From an uncultured virus (IMG/VR IMGVR_UViG_3300042516_002585) (taxonomy: Duplodnaviria > Heunggongvirae > Uroviricota > Caudoviricetes), in the IMG/VR virus record IMGVR_UViG_3300042516_002585: DNA of 64,000 bases; one strand, written 5' to 3'. The translations under genes and the position numbers were made by a program. The notes under the pieces were generated by a model. That model searched no databases, was not told the DNA's origin, and saw only the letters and a list, made by a program, of their open reading frames with translations. Positions 9,301-19,449 of this stretch are shown piece after piece (position 1 is the first letter of the stretch; each line of letters opens with the position of its first letter).

Positions 9301-11859
9301 TCTGATCTATATCCACAACAAGATAGAGATAATCACGAAGATAATCCACCAGCAGCGAAAAGCTTTACTAAAAGACATCCAAAGGGAGATGTTTCCACAA
9401 ATGATTTAAAGAGAAGTATAACAAGAGAAACACTTGATAAATTTGTTGATACATTCTCTCACGGTAGAAAAATTACTGGTGTTTCAGATTCTGGAACTGC
9501 TGCAACACTGACATTTGATGGAGAGCATCAACTTGGTGGTATTAAAGCATACACCACACTCAATGGTGGATCTGGACATACAAATGGTACATATTATAAT
9601 GTAAGATTATTTAATAGTAATGCTGCACCATCATCAGCAGTTTGGGATGGAGCCACTGCAAATGTAACAGTTAGTGGTGGTGCTGTTACTGCTGCAACTC
9701 TTGTTGAAGCAGGTTCGGGATATACTGATGGCGAACAACTTTATTTTGATAGTAGTGTAATTGGTGGAACACCTCAGGCAAATGTTGTAATTAATAGTGT
9801 CGGTATTTCAACAGCAGTTGATAATTATGTTCAAGTTACTGGTATTGGAACGACCGCTGGTGGATATTTTAGAATTACTTCTGCATCAAACAAGAGTGCA
9901 ATTTCTATCGCAAAAACAGCAGGTGATCCATTAATTGTTGCAAATCAATATGCTCTTAATATTGGTCCAGCAATTACGATTAGACAAACCGAATACGATA
10001 GTACAATTGGTATTGCAACTTATCAATCACTCAGTTCTCCTCACGGACTGCTTGCTGGTAATGCACTTAGAATATTAGATAGTAGTAATAATAATCTAGG
10101 TGATTATATTGTCAATAACGTCAATAGTGTTAATGAATTCACAGTAAAAACACCAATTTCATTGGCAGACGCTAGATGGTCATTAAAACATGGTATGTCT
10201 GCAAATAGTGCAAGTGCAGATAATCTTGGAGAAAATCTTGGTGTAAGATCTCTTGCAATTTATGATAATGAACTTTTAATTCTTGGTGAAACAATTACAA
10301 GTGATGAAGAATTCATCGTAGATCTTCCAGGTGCTGGTATTGGAACTGCAGCAAGATTCCCACTAGGTTCTTATATTCAAATTGACAATGAAATTATGCG
10401 AGTTAAGAGTAATACTCTTACTGGTGCTGGTTCAAATGAACTTCAAGTAATTCGTGGTTCAATGGGAACTATTATTGAATCTCATAATAGTGGTGCATTA
10501 ATTAAAAAAATTAGACTAACCCCAATCGAATTCCGCAGACCATCGATTGTTCGTGCCTCTGGTCACACATTCGAATACCTTGGATACGGTCCTGGTAACT
10601 ATTCAACTGGTCTTCCACAAGTTCAAGTTAAAACTTTAAGCGAAAAAGAAGATTTCCTTGCACAAGCACAAGAAACATCGTGCGGATCTGTTCTTTACAC
10701 TGGTATGAATAGTGATGGTGATTTCTACATTGGAAACACCAAATATTCAGCACAGTCCGGTGAGCAAACAACTTTTGACGTTCCTACACCAACAATTACT
10801 GGTGAAGATCCAAATCGTTTAAGTGTTGTATTTGATGAAGTTATCGTTAAAGAAAGAATTCTTGTAGAGGGTGGAAACTCTGGTCAGATTCTTTCACAAT
10901 TTGACGGACCAGTCACATTTAATGGTGACGTGAGAATGAATCAACAACTTATTCTCAATGACAATTTAAGAGTTTCTGGGCACATTGAAGTAAAAAATGA
11001 CACAGAATCTACGAGTTGTACAACTGGTGCTCTTACTGTTGCTGGTGGAGTTGGCATTTCAAAGAGATTAAATGTTTGCGGTGACGTTAAATTTAACTCT
11101 ACAACAGAATCTACATCAATTACAACTGGATCGCTTGTTGTTAGTGGTGGTGTTGGCATAGGAAGTACTTTAAGTGTAGGCGCTGATATTTTCGTCAAAA
11201 CTGACCGAAAAATTATATTAGGAGATTCACAGCAACTTCAAATTTATACTGATAATACAAACAGTTATATTACTGAATCTAGTTCAGGAGCACTACAAAT
11301 AAACACCAGTGCTCTACAAATCAAAAACGCAGCAGGATCAGAAACATTACTTACTGCAACAGAAAATGATGCTGTTGCACTATACTATGATAATGTTTCT
11401 AGACTTCAAACATCTTCTTCTGGAATCACAGTTTCTGGTGATGCTTCGATTAGTGGATCTATCTCTGGATCTTCATTATCAATTTCAGGTTCAGCTACCG
11501 TAGGTCCTTTAACAGTTAATGGATCTATTCAAGCAACTGGTGACATAAGTGCATTTGTTTCTGATGATAGACTGAAAACCGATAGAGTTATAATTGCAAA
11601 TGCTCTTGAAAAAGTATGTTCTTTAAATGGATTTACCTACAGATTCAATGATCTTGCTGGCCAGTTTGGGTTGAATACAGAAGAAACACACGTCGGTGTT
11701 TCTGCCCAAGAGGTTTATGAAGTTCTTCCAGAAGTAACAGGACCAGCTCCAATTAATTCTGAATATATTACTGTAAAATATGATAAGTTGGTTCCCCTAC
11801 TTATTGAGGCAATTAAAGAACTTAAAAAAGAAATCGAAGAATTAAAATCTTCCAAATAA
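6307..11859 (+). CDS. Large tail fibre/virion protein with C-terminal intramolecular chaperone (peptidase S74-like)
   Basis: 1850 aa. N-terminal GNSLTKPFKTIQRAL; C-terminal SDDRLK...LNGFTYRF...GVSAQEV...VKYDKLVPLLIEAIKEL plus a coiled coil. Confidence 0.8.
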   Translation: MPLNKLENFIKNTEGRILYVNPNDLDATDGIENQGNSLTKPFKTIQRALIESARFSYLRGNDNDITEKTTILLFPGEHLVDNRPGYAIKDNGGVATAVSPTGAESFAGAELTLTLNSNFDLTQSDNILYKFNSIYGGAVVPRGTSIVGLDLRKTKIRPKYVPNPTDSNAPTSAIFRITGACYFWQFSIFDGNELGLVYTDPSDFSANNQSRPTFSHHKLTCFEYADGVNLPSGYAITDLDMYYSKVGNAFNRASGREIDQKYPSEPNSFAKQRPEWEIVGAFAADPITISSIISGDGATPGTVVTVTTQTPHGLTGGTPIKIRGINVNDYNISTKVSSVISSTTFTYSLSNVRANLPAGPAAGLAPGPTAAVIIETDTVSGASPYVFNVSLRSVWGMNGMHADGAKASGFRSMVVAQFTAVSLQKDDRAFVKYNPSNRTYDSIGITKVTGEALSSESSSINQAFVYHLDPDAIYRQGWEISHIKMSNDAFIQIVSVFAIGFTYHFDTRSGGDASITNSNSNFGQVSLLADGFKAEAFTKDNKGYITSIVSPRAIVKDESQIEWVQFDVSKTKSVGISNHLYLLGYNKLDIAPPIISQGYRIGARVNDAVYVSTYKANILMTNGPIVSPATTISGSDSSAKVYKTTLSNTSNGTVYTIPTGHSLRNGESIRIFSETGDLPEGIEENTLYYAVTSEKKTTLGATEIQIASSRTNASSQTPLTITAYGGQQLRIESRVSDKESGELGHPIQWDPNQNQWFVHVSANSELYTYINGLTIPETDISYVLRKEDDRSLDEKIYKLRYVIPKELSNGRAPSEGFVIQESSSTSVRENSDFSLTSLTRSDYDYDRNPRFISTCTFNSGTATVTVRADSTHDLRVGDKIIVTNAQSTTNTSGTKNIGYNGTFAVSAITDDKTFSYSSTDIFGVTHNPGTFTSNTNTRTKDLPRFTRSDVIDNFYVYRSEVVTPYIYNVQDGVYYLYVLNSGTAIPVEFTDFKCSQRVSDLYPQQDRDNHEDNPPAAKSFTKRHPKGDVSTNDLKRSITRETLDKFVDTFSHGRKITGVSDSGTAATLTFDGEHQLGGIKAYTTLNGGSGHTNGTYYNVRLFNSNAAPSSAVWDGATANVTVSGGAVTAATLVEAGSGYTDGEQLYFDSSVIGGTPQANVVINSVGISTAVDNYVQVTGIGTTAGGYFRITSASNKSAISIAKTAGDPLIVANQYALNIGPAITIRQTEYDSTIGIATYQSLSSPHGLLAGNALRILDSSNNNLGDYIVNNVNSVNEFTVKTPISLADARWSLKHGMSANSASADNLGENLGVRSLAIYDNELLILGETITSDEEFIVDLPGAGIGTAARFPLGSYIQIDNEIMRVKSNTLTGAGSNELQVIRGSMGTIIESHNSGALIKKIRLTPIEFRRPSIVRASGHTFEYLGYGPGNYSTGLPQVQVKTLSEKEDFLAQAQETSCGSVLYTGMNSDGDFYIGNTKYSAQSGEQTTFDVPTPTITGEDPNRLSVVFDEVIVKERILVEGGNSGQILSQFDGPVTFNGDVRMNQQLILNDNLRVSGHIEVKNDTESTSCTTGALTVAGGVGISKRLNVCGDVKFNSTTESTSITTGSLVVSGGVGIGSTLSVGADIFVKTDRKIILGDSQQLQIYTDNTNSYITESSSGALQINTSALQIKNAAGSETLLTATENDAVALYYDNVSRLQTSSSGITVSGDASISGSISGSSLSISGSATVGPLTVNGSIQATGDISAFVSDDRLKTDRVIIANALEKVCSLNGFTYRFNDLAGQFGLNTEETHVGVSAQEVYEVLPEVTGPAPINSEYITVKYDKLVPLLIEAIKELKKEIEELKSSK

Positions 11860-11876
11860 TTAGGAGTAAATATCAA

Positions 11877-13883
11877 ATGACTTTACAAGGCTCTGGCACA
11901 ATAAGGTTTTCTGATATCACTAATGAATTTGGAACTCCCCCAAATAGAAATATTGGGGCTTATCGAGTTAGTGAATCATTTAGTGGACTTACAAATATGC
12001 CACTTGATGATGGAATTCCACAATCTGGTAGAATTAATTTTAGTGATTTTTATAATAAAAAACTTAATATGGTTGTCGATTGTTTTAGTAGTTCTGGTTC
12101 AATACCATCTCAGTTTCATTTCGACACGATGCAAGCACTTGAAACTGGTTTAAGAGATGTATGGTTTAGAGTTGATAATTCATCAACAACTCCAACAGTA
12201 TATTTGGAGTCATTTGGATCTGGTGTTGCTACTGTTCCTATTAGAATTAGAATAAATGATGATCCATCATCTCAAGGATCTTCTTTTGGAAGTATAACAT
12301 TTCAACAACATAATGCAAGTAACATCACTGTAAATTTTTCGAATGGTCTAGATACAACTATTAATGTTCAAATAAGTGATTCTCCACTAGTAGTTACTTT
12401 TTCAGGACTGATAGAAAATTTAAGATTTCTTGATATGGTAACTGAGAATAGTTTGGTAATATCTCCCCCACCAGGAGATAGTGCATTACCAAATCTTGCG
12501 AAAGGTTTGGCTTTAAGAGATAGAGGTGGTAGTGATGCCAAAACAAAAATAACAATTGGAACTGCATCTGCTGTAAGTGGAAACAATACCAGAGTTGCTG
12601 ATCGACAATTGTATCCATATAAACCAGATCCTTATCGTTATCCAGCAAACGCAGAAGTATCAGATGCAAATTTTGTGTCCAGATATGCAGTTACTTATTA
12701 TAATGTTTATGATACTTCGAATAATTATGCTGTAATTAATAATCCAACACCTGCTGGTGAATTTACCTGGACTTATGCAAGAGTAACATTCCCATCAAAT
12801 ACTTATTATAGAATTAAATGTGTAGTAGATGATAATGCAACCATTACTATTGGTAGTGTATTTACTTTTAATGCAGGATTTAATCCAATAGGTTCTCCTG
12901 GTATATTCAATGCTTACGACAATACAACTTTCATATCAGCAGGAACTTATGATATACGTGTCACATACCGTCAGGGTCCAAATGGTCCAATATCAGGGGG
13001 AAATTTATCCTATTTTGCATTAACAATTGATACGGCAACTAGCACTCCATCATTATCATCATCGGCAATAGATAAATGTGGATTAAAATCTAGATATAAT
13101 AATCTAGCAAATTCAACTCGAGTTATTGGTGGATTTAAAGGAAAACCATCTTCAACTTCTGGAACAAAAGTATGGGCAGATGTTAATACAACAATTTACA
13201 ATAGCACACAAAGAACAGGAACTACAACAGCAGCGTTTAGAACAGGAATATGGGATTCTGGTACAGAATTAATAGTTAATGTTGGTCCAAGTGGTCAAAT
13301 ATATGGATATGGTGGAATTGGGGGAAGAGGTGGTGGATCTTTTGGTCCAGCAATATCAGGAGAACCAGCAGGATGTGCATTTTCAGCACAAACATCTTGC
13401 ACACTTCGAAATTATGGTCTGATTGTTCAAGGATATGGAGGAGGTGGTGGTGGAAATGGTGCTTCTTTCACTACACAAGTTTGTACATCAAGAACAGTTG
13501 GTACTGGTAGAAATCGAAGAACAGTAACTAGTTGTACAACATATGCAAACTACTCTACCGGTGGTGGAGGAGGTGGAGGTAGAGGATATCCTGCGGGAAC
13601 TGGTGGTGCTGCTGGCGGAGGTGCATACGGTCCAAGTGGAACTACTGGAGGATCTGGTGGTGTTGGATCATTAAGTAGTGGAGGATCTGGTGGTGGAGGT
13701 GGAACCAATGCTAGCCCTGGTGGTAATGGAAGACCAGGATCTCCCGGAGCAAGTCCTAATGGTGCAGCAGGTGGTGAAAATGGAGCAGCAATTACAACAG
13801 CTCCTGGTGTTTCTGTTACTCTTCAAAACTATGGACAAATATTTGGAAGAACTCTTAGCGATATCAACACAATATTGTATTGA
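11877..13883 (+). CDS. Glycine-rich tail-fibre adhesin (gp38-like architecture)
   Basis: N-terminal SGTIRFSDITNEFG...IPQSGRINFSDFY, Gly-rich C-terminal half, and position directly after the S74-bearing fibre. Confidence 0.65.
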   Translation: MTLQGSGTIRFSDITNEFGTPPNRNIGAYRVSESFSGLTNMPLDDGIPQSGRINFSDFYNKKLNMVVDCFSSSGSIPSQFHFDTMQALETGLRDVWFRVDNSSTTPTVYLESFGSGVATVPIRIRINDDPSSQGSSFGSITFQQHNASNITVNFSNGLDTTINVQISDSPLVVTFSGLIENLRFLDMVTENSLVISPPPGDSALPNLAKGLALRDRGGSDAKTKITIGTASAVSGNNTRVADRQLYPYKPDPYRYPANAEVSDANFVSRYAVTYYNVYDTSNNYAVINNPTPAGEFTWTYARVTFPSNTYYRIKCVVDDNATITIGSVFTFNAGFNPIGSPGIFNAYDNTTFISAGTYDIRVTYRQGPNGPISGGNLSYFALTIDTATSTPSLSSSAIDKCGLKSRYNNLANSTRVIGGFKGKPSSTSGTKVWADVNTTIYNSTQRTGTTTAAFRTGIWDSGTELIVNVGPSGQIYGYGGIGGRGGGSFGPAISGEPAGCAFSAQTSCTLRNYGLIVQGYGGGGGGNGASFTTQVCTSRTVGTGRNRRTVTSCTTYANYSTGGGGGGGRGYPAGTGGAAGGGAYGPSGTTGGSGGVGSLSSGGSGGGGGTNASPGGNGRPGSPGASPNGAAGGENGAAITTAPGVSVTLQNYGQIFGRTLSDINTILY

Positions 13884-13921
13884 TGTGTATAAGGATAAAT
13901 AACTAGAAAATCCCATATAAG

Positions 13922-15976
13922 ATGTCAAATATTAGAAAGCAGTTTAACTTTCGCAATGGACTACAAGTTGATGATGATAATTTAGTTATAAGTCCAGCTG
14001 GTTTGGTTGGTATTGGCACGACAATTCCAACAGAAACCTTAGACATTCGTGGGATTAGTCCAGCACAAGCGACTGTAAAAGTAGTTGGATTGGTAACTGC
14101 AAATCAAATTTATACTCCTACATTAACTGCTACTAATGTTTCAATTAATAGTTTATCTGTAAATAGTATTCTTGGTGCAGGTTTAAGTTTATCAAGCGGA
14201 ATTGTAACCGCATCTTCTGTATCTGGAATCGTAACTTATTATGGTGATGGTGGAAAACTACTTAACCTACCAACTTCACAATGGTTGGATGTTGATGTTG
14301 GTTTAGGATTTACCAGCATATATGCTCAGGGATTTGTTGGTGTTGCAACAAATGATCCTAGATTTGCTTTCCAAGTTGGTGGAAATAACTTAGTATCATC
14401 GTTCGAAAATGGTGTAGGTATTAATAATTTGGGTGAAATTTATGCCACTGGCATAGTTACTGCTTCAAAATTTGTCGGAATTGGTTCAAATTTAACTCTC
14501 ATTAATGCTGATAATATTTCTTCTGGTACTATTAGTACTGACAGAATTCCGCAATTACCAAACAGTAAATTACCTTTAAATATTAATTCATCTGGAATAA
14601 TTACTGCTTCTGGTGGATTTATTGGTAATTTAACAGGAAACGTAACTGGTAATCTAGTTGGTATTGCCTCAACAGCAAGAGATTTAACTTCTGATGCTAG
14701 ATTGAATATTAACAGTATTTCCTGTAACGTTTCAAATATTGGTGTATCAACAATAGGAACGAGACTAGATGTAATTGGATCTGTTGGCGTAGGAACTAGT
14801 GGTGCTTCTGGTTATCAAAGTGACATTCACGTTTCCAGAACAGGAATATCATCTATTCAAATTTCTTCCCAAAACTCAGAATCTTATATTACTTTAAGTA
14901 GAGGATTCAATCAAAATTTAAATGCTGCAGCATTTAAATATGGAAATCAAATTGGCATTTACCCATACAGCACGATTAACTCTCTTGATATTATAAACTA
15001 TGATGCTGGAAATGTAAACAACTATATTCATCTCGGAGTATCAACTGGCATCTCGACAGGTGGATTTAATTGGATCTATGGAAAAGATTCAACAAATACA
15101 TTAATGACTTTGACCTATACCGGAAATTTAGGTTTAGGTAATACAAATCCAACAGTTAAGTTAGATGTAGTTGGTGATGCTTCAATTAGTGGTACTTTAA
15201 ACGCTAATGATAATGTTTCTGTTGGTTCAAGTTTAACTGTCAACAATTTATATGTAACTGGAACGGCATCAATTCCTGGGTTAACCACTTCTTCTGGTGG
15301 AACAACAATTACAGAGAACTTTAATTTAACCTCAGGTGTATCAACAGCATTTAATTTAGATGTCTCTGGTAGTAGATTATTCTTACCATTTAATTCTTCG
15401 ATTGGTATTGGAACAACACAACCAACCTCAGACATTCAAATTGGAATTGGTGAGGGATCTGTTGTCATTAGTAGTGGTGGAATAGGAATTGGAACAACAT
15501 CTATTCCTATTGGAATTGGATTAGATGCAAGGAATACAATAGGATTATTTGAATCTATTGGTCTTGGGACAGATTTCCCAGTAAGTTCTGTTGATTTCGC
15601 TCTTGCAGGAGTTGGTGTCAATACCGCAGGAAGATTCCTACGTCTTCCAACTATTACCAGTTCTGTTAGAACAACTATAAATTCTGAAAATGATGATGTA
15701 GATGTACAAGGTGGTATTGTTTTCAATTCTTCAACAAATACTTTTGAGGGATTTGTTGGAGCAGGAAGCAGTTGGGTCAATCTTGGTATTCAGACATCAA
15801 GAATAAATTCTGATGAAATTAAAGTTGGTACAGGTGTAACAGTAAATTCAGGAATTGTTACTGCAACAAATGGATTTAATAGTGGTATAGGAACTGCTGT
15901 CAAAATAACCACAGTTGGGAACAGAATTTTCTTCACTGTTCCAGGAGTTGGATCAACTTCCCTTGTTTTATATTAA
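13922..15976 (+). CDS. Tail fibre / virion structural protein
   Basis: Repeated VGIGTT/GIVTA motifs typical of cyanophage fibres; GATAAATA late-type promoter upstream. Confidence 0.7.
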   Translation: MSNIRKQFNFRNGLQVDDDNLVISPAGLVGIGTTIPTETLDIRGISPAQATVKVVGLVTANQIYTPTLTATNVSINSLSVNSILGAGLSLSSGIVTASSVSGIVTYYGDGGKLLNLPTSQWLDVDVGLGFTSIYAQGFVGVATNDPRFAFQVGGNNLVSSFENGVGINNLGEIYATGIVTASKFVGIGSNLTLINADNISSGTISTDRIPQLPNSKLPLNINSSGIITASGGFIGNLTGNVTGNLVGIASTARDLTSDARLNINSISCNVSNIGVSTIGTRLDVIGSVGVGTSGASGYQSDIHVSRTGISSIQISSQNSESYITLSRGFNQNLNAAAFKYGNQIGIYPYSTINSLDIINYDAGNVNNYIHLGVSTGISTGGFNWIYGKDSTNTLMTLTYTGNLGLGNTNPTVKLDVVGDASISGTLNANDNVSVGSSLTVNNLYVTGTASIPGLTTSSGGTTITENFNLTSGVSTAFNLDVSGSRLFLPFNSSIGIGTTQPTSDIQIGIGEGSVVISSGGIGIGTTSIPIGIGLDARNTIGLFESIGLGTDFPVSSVDFALAGVGVNTAGRFLRLPTITSSVRTTINSENDDVDVQGGIVFNSSTNTFEGFVGAGSSWVNLGIQTSRINSDEIKVGTGVTVNSGIVTATNGFNSGIGTAVKITTVGNRIFFTVPGVGSTSLVLY

Positions 15977-16037
15977 ATGACTTGACAGAACCCCTCAAAT
16001 CACAGTAGAATCGCTTTGTTGCCGTTGAAGAGAAGGA

Positions 16038-16622
16038 ATGAGATTCAGCTTAGCTATTGGTAATCCTCCATATGGTGTTGGTGGTAATCTTGCTATAAAG
16101 TTCTTGAATAAGACTGCTGAGATTACTGATGACATAAGGTTTGTATTACCAACTTCTGTACGCAAACCTTCTTCTTTGAATAAAATTAAAGGTCACCTTC
16201 ATTGTGTTGTTGATGAAGATTTAGATCCTTCCACATTTCCTGGTGGGATTAGTGCTGTAAAACAGTACTGGGAAGTTAGAAATACGTCTAGATTTAGGGT
16301 TGGAGTCGGAGAAATTCCGATGATGCGTGAGCATTCTGACTTTGAGTTTCTTTCTTATGAGAGAAGATTTGAAGCAGATGTGTTTGTGGGTGAGTATGGT
16401 TGTGGACCCAGTGGTAGAGTTAAAACTGAGAACTTTACTCATTATGCAAAGGGACATCACTTTCTCAAAGTTCGTTCACCAGATGTAATACAAAATCTCG
16501 TTGAGTTTGCGCCTGTGTTTAGAGAGGTTGCAAATCAGTGCAATGGACGGTATCATTTTGGTAAGAACGATCTAATCTCGACGTATGTGAGGTGTCTAGA
16601 AGAGAAAAATGGCAAAGAATAA
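16038..16622 (+). CDS. N6-adenine DNA methyltransferase, catalytic half
   Basis: AIGNPPY (motif IV) at the very N-terminus, then FVLPTS; no motif I. Confidence 0.65.
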   Translation: MRFSLAIGNPPYGVGGNLAIKFLNKTAEITDDIRFVLPTSVRKPSSLNKIKGHLHCVVDEDLDPSTFPGGISAVKQYWEVRNTSRFRVGVGEIPMMREHSDFEFLSYERRFEADVFVGEYGCGPSGRVKTENFTHYAKGHHFLKVRSPDVIQNLVEFAPVFREVANQCNGRYHFGKNDLISTYVRCLEEKNGKE

Positions 16623-17010
16623 ACATAATCTAGAAGTTGGATCTACGATTGAAAGATCCGATGAAAGAATTAAAGAAACACAAGAAGTTTTTACCCCACA
16701 AGAACTTGTCGAGAATATGATTGATGAAATTCCTTTGGAATTACTTCAAGATCCGAGCAGTACTTTCATCGATAACTCGGCAGGGTCTGGTAATTTTCTT
16801 CTAGGATTAAAGAATCGTTTGTGTCAATATCATAGTGAAGAATATGTTTTGAATCATATGCTTTATGCTGTTGAGATGATGGAAGATAATCATAAAGAGT
16901 TATGCACTAGACTTGGAGTATCTGTTGATCATCCACACTATGTTTGTGCCGATGCTCTGGAATATGATTACTCATTTGGAGAACTTATCGGTATTGAAAA
17001 GTTTTTCTAA
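16609..17010 (+). CDS. N6-adenine DNA methyltransferase, SAM-binding half
   Basis: QEVFTP (motif X), FIDNSAGSGNFL (motif I), LYAVE (II) and CADAL (III); no NPPY. Confidence 0.65.
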   Translation: MAKNKHNLEVGSTIERSDERIKETQEVFTPQELVENMIDEIPLELLQDPSSTFIDNSAGSGNFLLGLKNRLCQYHSEEYVLNHMLYAVEMMEDNHKELCTRLGVSVDHPHYVCADALEYDYSFGELIGIEKFF

Positions 17011-17084
17011 TCATTCGGGGGTTGACGGCAAGGGAGATCCATCGTATATTAAGCGGGTGGTTGAGGCACACTGCCAAAACCGAA

Positions 17085-18143
17085 ATGGACAAATTGCCGA
17101 ATCTTATGACTTTCACTGAATTTAACATCAATATTCCTTCTGACTATCAACCGCATCCGCAAGATGATGCTGTTCTGCGTCTTGTAGAAGAAATTCGTTC
17201 CTATCCTATTCCTGACCAATACGAAACTCTGGAATATGTGGAAACTCGTGCTATTAATGTAAATACCGTTCAAAAACCTGGTAAAGCAAACGTTGGTCGC
17301 TTTCGTGGTATCACCAAAACTTCTTATGAAACTGTTGACCGTTCGATGTCGAAGGGTTGGAAGTTTGGTAAGCGACCTGCCTGTATGCTTGAAGGTGAAG
17401 ATTGGTTGCTGAATGGTAATCATCGTCTCCGTTGGTATAAGGAAAATGGTTATACCTGGATGCCTGTTGATATCTTCCGCCCCAAAGAAAATTATAGTGT
17501 TGGTGACGTAATCGATGAGATTGGTCTACTTCACCAACCCCAACCTGATGGAACTGCTGCTTGTTTCGAAGACTACAAAGCACGTGGTATTCTTTTCATT
17601 GAGCGAAAGAAAAATGAGGGTGTAGAAGTTACTTCCGAACTTGTGAGTGCTTGGGTAGAAAAGTTTGCTCCTAATGAGACCAAACTCTCCCGCAGCAATC
17701 TCAAAAAAGCAATCTTCAATAACACTGGAAAGAGCGCATTTCTTGCTTCTATTTCCCGAAATGAAGTTATTGATATGCTTATTTTAGACAAGGGTTTTGT
17801 AATTCGTGAATGTGATTTCAAACTTGAAGATGATGTAAAAGTTGTACATCGCCTTTATGAGGCAAGTCAAAAGGTTTTCCTCCGCGATTTCTTGCCTATC
17901 TTCTTTGATGCTGCTTCTAAGGGAATCAAGACTGTTGTCCACTTCTATGTGACTACCTCTAACGTAAAAGATGGTAATGATCTTCGCAAAGTTGTAGAAA
18001 CACGCAAGCAAGAAGCATATCGTGTGATCTCTTCTCTTGAAACTTTTAACACTCACAATTCTTCTTTGCGCGATTATCTTGAATTTGGATACCGTGCTCC
18101 TCAGATTTGTGGGATGGATGGGGAAGAACTGGTTAAACTCTGA
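17085..18143 (+). CDS. Protein with ParB/sulfiredoxin-like N-terminal domain
   Basis: WLLNGNHRL resembles the ParB-N DGxHR motif. TTGACG-17-TATATT promoter at 17022-17050. Confidence 0.5.
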   Translation: MDKLPNLMTFTEFNINIPSDYQPHPQDDAVLRLVEEIRSYPIPDQYETLEYVETRAINVNTVQKPGKANVGRFRGITKTSYETVDRSMSKGWKFGKRPACMLEGEDWLLNGNHRLRWYKENGYTWMPVDIFRPKENYSVGDVIDEIGLLHQPQPDGTAACFEDYKARGILFIERKKNEGVEVTSELVSAWVEKFAPNETKLSRSNLKKAIFNNTGKSAFLASISRNEVIDMLILDKGFVIRECDFKLEDDVKVVHRLYEASQKVFLRDFLPIFFDAASKGIKTVVHFYVTTSNVKDGNDLRKVVETRKQEAYRVISSLETFNTHNSSLRDYLEFGYRAPQICGMDGEELVKL

Positions 18144-18219
18144 TCCACTTTCATAACTGTCACAGGGGGGCTTTGGTTCCCCTGTTTTTTGCTGTATAAT
18201 AACTGTATTGAAACGCAAG

Positions 18220-19449
18220 ATGATGTTCCAACTTCGCCCTCACCAACAACGTGCTCTGGATGCCCTTGCCAAGTACCTGAAAGGGCAAGTGATTATCCCC
18301 ACTGGCGGCGGCAAGACTAATGTTGCTATCTTTGATGCTATTCGTGAGTTTCTTAAGAATATTCCCCAGACTATCGTGGTCGTGGCACCGCGCATCCTCC
18401 TGGCAGAGCAATTGTCCAGTGAGTTCTTGGAGTTCATCACCAATGCTTCTGTGCTGCACGTTCACAGTGGTGAAACTCATCACCAGAGCACCACTCGCCC
18501 GAATGAGATTCGTAACTGGGTGGATCAGACTCGTGGTAACAAACTGATCTTCACCACCTACAACTCTCTGCAACGCCTGCAACAGGCAGACGTTCACGTC
18601 AATACCATTTACTTCGATGAAGCACACAACTCTGTCCAGCGCCATTTCTTCCCTGCCACCGAGCATTTCGCTTCTACTGCTGACCGCTGCTATTTCTTCA
18701 CTGCTACTCCTAAGCATTCTGCTACTATTTCCAAACCTGGGATGAACGACGCTGCCGTTTATGGCAACGTGATCTGCAACGTACCTGCTCCTGAACTGGT
18801 AGAAGGTGGTTTCATTGTTCCTCCTAAGGTTGTTGTGCAGCAGTTTGAGATGCTCTCTAAGGATCAGATTGTTGCTGATGTTGACTGTGAGAACCTGATT
18901 GCTACCATCGATGCTCAGGAAGTGGAGAAGGTTCTGATTTGTGCAAAAGCAACCAAACAGATTCAGAATCTGGTTTCTCAAACTGATTTCTGCACTCAAC
19001 TGGAAGATCGTGGTTTCTCTTGGATGTATATCACCAGCAAGACTGGCGCTATCATCGATGGGCAGAAGGTCAACCGTGAGGTGTTTTTTGATACTCTCAG
19101 TGCTTGGGGTAAGGATGACTCTAAGAAGTTTGTGGTTCTTCATCACAGCATTCTTTCTGAGGGAATCAATGTTTCTGGTCTGGAAGCAGTTCTCTTTATG
19201 CGTTCGATGGATTACATTGGCGTCTCCCAAACCATCGGTCGTGTGATTCGCCTCCACCAGAGCGACGCAGCGGCACTCAGGAGCGGCGCTATTGCCCCTG
19301 GAAACCTTTCCGAGTATACTAAGTCCTTTGGGTTGGTCTGCATCCCTGTGTACTCTTCTGTGGGCATCAGCACCGCTAAGAAGGTGCAAGCGGTGGTGGA
19401 CACCGTGTTCAATCAAGGTCAACCTGCAATTTCGGTAGTGAAGCGATGA
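18220..19449 (+). CDS. Superfamily 2 helicase (ResIII/DEAH type)
   Basis: LRPHQ Q-motif, PTGGGKT, DEAH, TATP, LSEGINV, QTIGRVIR. Confidence 0.9.
   Translation: MMFQLRPHQQRALDALAKYLKGQVIIPTGGGKTNVAIFDAIREFLKNIPQTIVVVAPRILLAEQLSSEFLEFITNASVLHVHSGETHHQSTTRPNEIRNWVDQTRGNKLIFTTYNSLQRLQQADVHVNTIYFDEAHNSVQRHFFPATEHFASTADRCYFFTATPKHSATISKPGMNDAAVYGNVICNVPAPELVEGGFIVPPKVVVQQFEMLSKDQIVADVDCENLIATIDAQEVEKVLICAKATKQIQNLVSQTDFCTQLEDRGFSWMYITSKTGAIIDGQKVNREVFFDTLSAWGKDDSKKFVVLHHSILSEGINVSGLEAVLFMRSMDYIGVSQTIGRVIRLHQSDAAALRSGAIAPGNLSEYTKSFGLVCIPVYSSVGISTAKKVQAVVDTVFNQGQPAISVVKR

Noticed and set aside
6307..15976. Diversity-generating retroelement acting on the tail fibres
   Set aside because: No reverse transcriptase and no template/variable repeat pair were seen in the window.
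18160..19422. 420-aa minus-strand ORF
   Set aside because: It is an antisense shadow of the helicase gene with no recognisable motifs.
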